From Azolla caroliniana (taxonomy: Eukaryota; Plantae; Polypodiophyta): a stretch of 64,000 nt of DNA. The notes below the pieces were generated by a model. It did no database searches. It was given only the letters and a program-made list of their open reading frames with translations, and was not told where the DNA came from. Below are positions 58,201-64,000 of this stretch, piece by piece (position 1 is the first letter of the stretch; every line of letters starts with the position of its first letter). The stretch covers positions 26,536,001 to 26,600,000 of the forward strand of contig JBHGNT010000002.1 in NCBI GenBank assembly GCA_043228905.1, given 5' to 3'. The translations under genes and the position numbers were made by a program.

Positions 58201-61200
58201 TTTGGCTTGGTCCCGTCCGACGATCAACATGTCGTCCACGTACAGGAGGAGTATTAGGAAGTCGCCTCCTTTGAACTTCTTCACAAGCATGCAGTGATTG
58301 GCCTGCGTCTTGTGGTACCCTTGATCGGTCATGAAGGAGTGGAATTTCCGGTACCATTGTCGGGGAGCCTGCTTCAGTCCGTACAGGATCTTCTTCAACC
58401 GGCATACAAGGTGCTCCTTCCCCTTCTCCACGAATCCTTCTGGTTGCTGCATGTAGATCTCCTCTTCGAGGTCACCGTGAAGGAATGCCGTCTTCACGTC
58501 TAGCTGCTCTACCTCGAGGTCCATGCTTGCCGCTATACTCAACACCGTCCGGATGGAGGTCATCTTCACTACCGGGGCAAATATCTCGTCGAAGACCACA
58601 CCCTTCTTCTGCTGGAACCCCTTCACCACGATCCTGGCTTTGTATCTCGGGGGGTTGCCGGCATCTCCCGGTTTCAACTTGTACACCCACTTGTTCCGGA
58701 GTGCCCACTTTCCTTTCGGCAACTCCACCAATTCGTACGTATGGTTCTCATCCAGGGAATCCATTTCATCCTTCATGGCACTTAACCATTTTCGGCTGTG
58801 CGTGTCATCTTTCGTTTCTTGGAAGCTTTCTGGCTCCCTCTCATTGGTTAGTAGCACGTGCTCTGCATCCGGAAATCTCCGGGGGGGCCTTCTCTCTCTG
58901 AGAGGATATCTCCGTCTTTGGGCTTCGGTAACCGACTCCTCCATTTGCTCTTCATCCGAATCCCATTCGGGGCCTTGGCCGGTTCCGGTTTCGGCTTCCT
59001 CTACTTCTTCTTCTGCCGGTTCGGTATCCTCACCGTAACCGACTGGTTCCTCAAGTGCTAACCGGTCTCTTGCTGGTTGGGTCTGTTCATCATAGAATCG
59101 ATCCTTACAGGTCGACTCGGAGTTCATTATCTTCTTCTCTGACTTCCAGTCGGTGAGCGTCTTGTCCTCCATGAAGATAATATCTCGACTCCGGAATACC
59201 TTCTTGTCGACTAGGTCCCACACTCGGTAGCCGAACTCATCGTCGCCTTAACGGAGGAATATGCATGGTCGAGTCTTTGGATCTAACTTTCCTCTCCGGT
59301 CCTTAGCTACATGCACATACGCGAGACACCCGAACACCTTTAGATGCCGGTAGGACACCTCCTTACCGGTCCAAACTCTTTGTGGCGTGTCTCCGTCCAA
59401 GGGTACTGAGAGTGATCTATTTATCACATACGTCGCTGTCGATAGCGCCTCAGCACAGAACGTCTTGGGTAATTTTGCATGTGCCAGCATACTCCGGACC
59501 CTCTCCATTATGGTCCGGTTCATCCTCTCGGCCAACCCATTTAGTTCCGGCGTCTTCGGCACAGTAAATTCGAGCTGGATTCCCTTCGAGTGATAGTACT
59601 CCTCGAACTGCCCCCGGTATTCACCTCCGTTATCTGCTCGAACCGCCTTCAGCTTCCGGCCGGTCTCTCTTTCCACTCTCGCGTGGAGCTCTTTGAAGAC
59701 GGATAGCACCTGATCCTTTGTCTTCAGCGGTGTGGCCCACAGCTTTTGGCTGTGGTCATCTATGAACATCATGAAGTACTACGATCCGGCATGTGACTTC
59801 GTATCCACTTGACATACATCAGTATGCACCAACTCCAATGGTGCATTACGTCTCATTGGTGGCCTCGATCGGAAGGAGGTCCGGTTTTGTTTACCGGCCA
59901 GACAATTAGTGCACTTCTCCAAGTGCACGTTCTTCATTGGAATGAGGTTGTCGTCTGCAAGCCTCTTCATCCCCTTCTCGCTCATGTGGCACAGTCTCTT
60001 GTGCCACAGCTCACCGGCAGTGTTGGATGCCACGTTCACATCAGGTACAACGTGTTGACCTTCCGGGCCCGAGCCACAATCAGGCTCCCTTTGCTGAACT
60101 TCATAACACCGTTCCGGATGCAACCCGTGTAGCCTTCATCATCTAGCCGATCGGCTGATATCAGGTTCAGACGAACCTCCGGAACGTGTCAGACATCCTT
60201 CAGCAGCAGCTTGTATCTGGTTGGTGTTGTCAGCCACACGTCTCCTATGCCAACAATTCGGCATGTACCTTCATTCCCCATCCGGACACAGTCGTGATCA
60301 CCGGCTGAGTAGGATGAGAAGCACTTTCGGTCCGGGGTAAGGTGGAACGACGCTCCGGAGTCAACCACCCAGGTCATCTCTTCGTCGACAAGGTTTATCT
60401 CACTCTCCTCGGTGATGAGCATCAACTCTTCTTCACTTGCCGCGATTGCCGTCGTTCCCTTTCGGTCCGGTCCCCTCCGATCTTTACCGTTCTGGTCTGG
60501 TGTCCGCTTAGAATCGGTACCGTCAGTTTCCTTGTCTTTTCGGAAATGCCGATAGTTCTTCTGGAAGTGTCCCGACTTGCCACAATAGAAGCAAGTAGGC
60601 CTCCCCCTTGACTTTGACCGTGTCCCCGACTTTTCCCTGTTCTGGGGACTACGGTTTCTATGTCTTCCGCGTTCCGATTCGGTAAGGAGCGCTTTGGAGT
60701 CGGAGATTGTATCCTTATCTTTCCGACGCGCCTCCTCATCTAGCAAGCTCGACTTCACTCTTGCTAGGGATAACCGTTTCCCTTCCGGCTCGGCGTTGCC
60801 CAAGGTGACAACCAACATCTCCCAACTATCTGGGAGGGAACCGAGCAAGAGCAACCCTAGTACCTCATCGGTGAGAGGTACTTCCAATGAAGTTGCGTAG
60901 TGGATTAGCCCCTGGAAGGCATTCATGTGCTCCGCCATGTTGGAGCCATCTTGGTACCGGAGTCTTACTAGCTTCCGGAATACCAAAATCTGATTAACAA
61001 CATTTTTGTTTTGAAACATAATGCTGATCTTCTCCCAGAGCTCATGAGCCTTGCTCTCTTCATTGAAGTTGTTGTATAGGCTCATGTCGATGAAGCACCG
61101 TATATACGCCGTTGTCTTCATGTGCATCACCTCCCATATCGTGGCGTCGATTTTATCCGGTCTCTTGTCCCCGAACTGAACCGGCAACCAAAGATCTTTA

Positions 61201-64000
61201 ACCACGAGCATGTCCCTCATCTTCGACTTCCACACCGAATAGTTGGAGCCGGTGAGCTTGAACATGCCTCCCAACGAATCGTCCATTTTCTGTGTCATTT
61301 CACTCTGATACCAATTTGACAAGAATTACACACTCCGATGAACACCGCTCAGCCACAACCGAGCTTAGAATCATACACAGAAAACGGGAAATGAAACACA
61401 CGACTCAAAGGCGAGAAGAGTAAACAGTATGTTTAACGTGGAAAACCTTGAGAGGGAAAAACCACGGGAGTCCACATACTCCAAACTATTAGTATATAAG
61501 AATGTACAATGGTGGAGCACCGAGGCAACGACCTCGAGCTTGCAATCTTCGCCACAGTCGGTGGTTACAACAGAGATACAAAACCTTCGTCTCTTTCTCT
61601 CTCTCTCTCTCACTTTGTACACTGTTATGCGCTCTCTCTTCTTGCACCAACAAGAATGACAACAACTCTTACAATAAGTTTTCCCTAAGTCATATTTATA
61701 CTATTATGACTTTTTGGCTATTTACAAATATAGCCTCGATGGACTCTCAGAAACATATTTATGAATATGTCTCTTCATCTGGTGAGCACTCCTCACCGGG
61801 CCTGCATCATCCGACGCTTGCCGGGTACTTGCCATCCGGTTCTCACCGGGTCTGCACCATCCGGCTCTCCGTAGCCGGGTTCTCCTCATCCGGTTTCGGC
61901 CTCGACCGAGTTTGCTCATTAGAACTGTTCTTCTCCCTTCCCATCCGGAGGGACTTGTTTCCCAACAGGAAGAAACTCAGAGTTGGCTTGAGATGGGCTG
62001 AACCCCGAGTGGAGTGGTCAAAGGTCCCTCCGGAGGCGCAGCTCTAGAAGAGTTGTCGCAGATGGTGCGAGATCTCCAAATCACAAAGGCCTAGACGGAC
62101 AACGGTGAACAGTCTCGTGACCGAAGGCCGCTGGCGGGGCAACGGTGCATGTGGTGCGACGCGGTCGGCCACATCCGGAAAGAATGCGCGGGTTTCGCCG
62201 AGGCACTCAAGACCAACATGGTGTACCTCTGGAACGGGCGGGTGCACGCGATCGAGACCCAGAAAGCCCTAGAGTTGAATGCGGGGCGTGACGGAATGAA
62301 GCGGTTGATGGAAGAGGCCGCGACACGACATGCAGAGGCCGTTAACTACTCGGCATCGGCGGGAATTCGGGTCGGGGGCGATGAGGCCAGGAAAGCGAAG
62401 GACTCTGGATTCTGGTCGCTGGTGCTAAAGGGTCTCTCCGGAGTACGACTGAAGAAGGAAGAGGCAAACCGTGCGGAACAACGGATCCGGGAGGTTACCG
62501 GATGGGACGACCTGGTGGAAGAAAAGACTGGCTTCGTGGTAGCCGCATGCCAGAGCCACGAGGTTCTGGTAGAAGACAAGCACGCGGGAAAGGCCGGAGG
62601 GGGCGGCCCCTCGCAACGGTATGAGACCCGGTTCGGACCGAAGCCGAATGAGGCCGCCAATGCCAGCACACCGGAGAAGAAGAAGCAGGCCGGTTTTCGG
62701 CTGAGCACCGAAATCGAACGAACAACGAACCTGTGGAAGGTCCTGGAAGAGAGAATCCTCGACATCAAGGTCGAGTTGTCGTTATGGGAGGTGCTAGGGA
62801 TCGCCAAGAAGGAGTTCCACGACTCCATCGTGGACTTGGTGAAGCGGAAGAGGCTCTCGACGGAGCCGGAACCGGAGAGGCCGGTGGAAGTGCGGACGAT
62901 GCACTTAGAAGACACGACCCTAGAGGATGAGTTGGCGGAAAGCCACTACGCGAAGCCACATTGGGCTAGGGCCACTACAGAAACCCCTGTTCGGATCGGC
63001 GACATCCAGGAGCCGGTGGTGGCATTGGTAGACCATGGTTCGTAGATCAACCTGATGTCGATGGACTTCTATAAAAAGGGGAAATGGCCGATCAACACCA
63101 AGCATGGGTGGAAGATACGTGCGGCGACGCGCGCGATAGAGGAGCTGCATGGTGCGTGCCCGAACGTAAGCGTGAAGATCGACGACGTCGAGATAGATCA
63201 ACATTTCTTCGTGCAGGAGACTTCCTCGCACCCGGTAATTCTCGGCGAACCGTACATTATGGCAACACGCATGGAGATGAAGGTATTGGACAACGGTTCG
63301 GCGTATGCGCGCGTCAGGAGCCAAGACGGTCGACATTCTGTCCAATTCATGACAGTGCGACCCAACCACGAGAGGAACTGCGAGACCCTCGGCGGCGATA
63401 GCCGAGGGGATTTTTAGAGAGGGCTATCAAGGCGTGGGGCCGCGATAGTCCGGACACCCAGGAAGAACCCCACACATGTACAGTAGGTAGGAAGTTTTGG
63501 CTCTCCGAAAATGAAGGTTCTATGTTAACTAGCATCAGTAGCCAGGAGAGGAAGCGAGCGGAGAGACGACTTAGGGTGTGTGGAATGCTCTCCCCCGACG
63601 AAGAAATTAGCGGCGCCGTGGAGGCGGTCTCTTTTGATGACACCTTGGGCGAATTACGAAAGGTGGTCGGTGAAGGCCTTAGCGAAGACCGGACCGTTCC
63701 GGTTAGCTCGATGGGAATTTATGAAGTCATCGGAGACTTCGGGGAGAGGATCGGGTCAGATCGAACGGCCCACATGGATACGAAGTATAAGATTGTGGAC
63801 CGGAAGGTGAGGCCAGTTGCGGCACCCTTGCCGGAGGGCAGCGGAGAGTGGATAAAAGGGGCCGCGTCGGACCCAAGTTTACGGAATCCAGCCGGCATAG
63901 GACACTGGTTCACCAACATAACGCTACGAGAGCTCAAGGTTGGTGGGGGTGGCTTTCTACTGCCGGAGGAGGAGGACCAGTTTCAGAGGATGCTCGGAAG
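55219..64000 (+). mobile_element. Gypsy H (same clade as D/G), decayed, runs off the window
   Basis: 5' LTR ~55219-55850 (first bases missing); Trp PBS at 55855. Gag pieces 55895-56582 and 61973-63417; pol starts at the slippery site at 63408. Confidence 0.88.
56583..61967 (-). mobile_element. Copia J, full length, decayed, inserted in the gag of H
   Basis: TSD GGAAG (56578-56582, 61968-61972). LTRs at 56583-57244 and 61317-61967; PBS-Met 61302-61313; gag ATG at 61286; pol fragments down to 57255. Confidence 0.93.

Overview
Plant nuclear DNA, probably from a non-seed land plant (inferred from the retrotransposon lineages present). There is one host gene, an intronless DUF4408/DUF761 'cotton-fibre-expressed'-like CDS (1913-3145, minus). 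After it come a decayed LINE carrying two hAT-type MITEs, one inside the other, and about 56 kb of nested LTR retrotransposons. Most of these can be bounded by TG..CA ends, PBS/PPT and target-site duplications (TSDs). Nesting, using my own labels: old Copia Z (7933-55218, fragments) holds Copia A (~8696-55075). A holds Copia B (9917-28185) > Copia C (10160-23049) > Gypsy D (14628-21967); a solo LTR (29150-29550); chromovirus fragment E (29961-31585); and Athila/Tat-like Gypsy F (31899-53857). F holds Copia I (36811-40125) and Gypsy G (41248-53593) > Copia K (42604-47917). Gypsy H (55219 to window end) holds Copia J (56583-61967). Most notable observations: (1) F has no polypurine tract; a tRNA-Arg 3'-end copy sits in its place, so there are inward-facing primer-like sites at both ends. 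(2) The D/G/H family has a GGAUUUU -1 frameshift site with a covarying pseudoknot, a D-H-G protease motif, a tRNA-Trp PBS and 4-bp TSDs. (3) Copia J appears to have swapped its Gag capsid relative to C/K. (4) TATA boxes sit in hairpin loops in several LTR families. (5) The chromovirus LTR contains tRNA-like A/B boxes. All comparisons were done by eye; no database searches were run.
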